A stretch of 64,000 nucleotides of DNA from NCBI GenBank assembly GCA_951406725.2, contig OX597817.1, forward strand, positions 136,958,001-137,022,000. The letters run 5' to 3'. Each line of letters opens with the position of its first letter. Position 1 is the first letter of the stretch. This DNA is from Octopus vulgaris. Lineage: Eukaryota. Under the pieces are notes generated by a model, which saw nothing but the letters and a program-made list of their open reading frames with translations, was not told where the DNA came from and did no database searches. A program made the translations under genes and the position numbers. This document shows, piece after piece, positions 62,691 to 64,000 of this stretch.

Positions 62691-63649
62691 GTGTGAGTTT
62701 AAAGGACCGAAGTCGGGTGGATTAGTGGTGTGAAAGCCAATAATCTTTATCGATAGGTTAAATATGTAAAGTGGTTTCATATGTTGTCGTCCAACTGAGT
62801 TTCCGGAGAGGTCGGCGCTATGGAGGCCCATCACTCTCGTTTTCGTCGTCGCGAAATCTAATAATCAATGGACAACGGATCAATGAAATTACAACAACGA
62901 CAGCAACAACAGCAACAAAATCATTAAACAGTGATGAGATTAAATGCCCCTAACACCACCACCACCACCACCACCATCACCACCACCGCCAACTACAACA
63001 GCAACAGCAACATCCACTACAACCGTAATAGCAGCGATAATAACAGCAACATCATTAAATAGTTGCAAGACTAAATGCCTAAAATATTACCACCCCCATA
63101 CACCCAATCCCACCCTCACCATCACTGCAACCATCACAAGCACCACTACCACCACCACCAACAACAACAATAACAACAACGGCAACAGTATTGTAAACAT
63201 GAAATCTGTGGAGTGAGTGATTGTCCTATAAAATATTTGAGACATACAATATTTAGTTTGGTTCTTTACCGAACTGAGTTCGAATCCGTTGGAGCTGATT
63301 TTGCTTTATCTCCCACCTGGGTCGATCAAATGAAAATATGTTCTTGACACAGAAAGAGTGGAGGTAAATTCTATGGCCGAAATCTTTCATTGTCGCCCAC
63401 TGACTCTTTTCAACATCTTTCATTGTAAGGAATATTCGTAAACACAATGGGACGGTATGAAGGAACAACTAGAAAAATTCTATAGTTGAGAAGCAGAGGA
63501 GGAGGAGGGGGTGAGGAGTGGGAAGGAAAAGGGGATAAGTTTTTAGGCATTTCAAGACTGATGGGAGTAAACTATTTTCGGGCCAGAGATCTTGTCTGAA
63601 TTCTTGCTAGGGTCAGATGGGAGTATGAAACCGGACTACATATTGGCTC

Positions 63650-63795
63650 TCAACAGGTAATTATTTCATCGAACCCGAAAGGATGAAGAAGGGAAAGTCG
63701 ATTTTGCCGCCATTTGAACTCAGAACGTAAAGACAAATGAAATGTCACTAAGCGCTTTGTCCGGACTGCAAACGATTCAACCGGCGCGATGCCTT
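63650..63795 (-). mobile_element. Diverged Nin-like SINE
   Basis: 'cccgaaaggatgaa..aaagtcga..tttgaactcagaacgta', flanked by 'aaaccggac.acatatt' direct repeats. Confidence 0.7.
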
Positions 63796-64000
63796 AAACC
63801 GGACCACATATTAAACTAAGAACTGTCGATGGAACAAAATGTAGCCCCCCCCCCCGCCAACATTTACGACGTAGTTTTTTTAAATTTCTGGCTTGAAATA
63901 AATTCATTTTCTTTGTGCTACCATTTATAAAGAGATAAACCTCACAAATTCCCATTTTCCATCTCTAAAAATGTATTGATTTTGTGGTGTCGAGTCAAAA

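Overview
AT-rich, microsatellite-dense eukaryotic DNA. The repeat content (Nin-like tRNA SINEs, RTE-tail repeats, long TA/GATA tracts) suggests an Octopus/coleoid cephalopod genome; this is an inference. The only host gene I can support is the 3' end of a + strand gene: three in-frame exons (1921-1996, 9215-9348, 12345-12924) encoding a Ser/Pro-rich tail with an IKQE SUMO motif and DLS-like motifs, followed by a long TE-poor probable 3' UTR. The rest is mostly transposable elements: Tc1, maT, mariner, Chapaev3-like, RTE, RLE-type LINEs, a CR1-like LINE, a Penelope-like element, a near full-length Tx1/L1-clade LINE inside a GATA tract, SINEs, foldback hairpins and satellites. The main candidate discovery is a non-circularly permuted hammerhead-ribozyme architecture, with strand order NUH, GAAA, CUGANGA. 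It occurs in each unit of an 840-bp tandem repeat (20687-22750) and again, with unrelated stem sequences, at 34708-34780. All structures were read by eye and none were computed.
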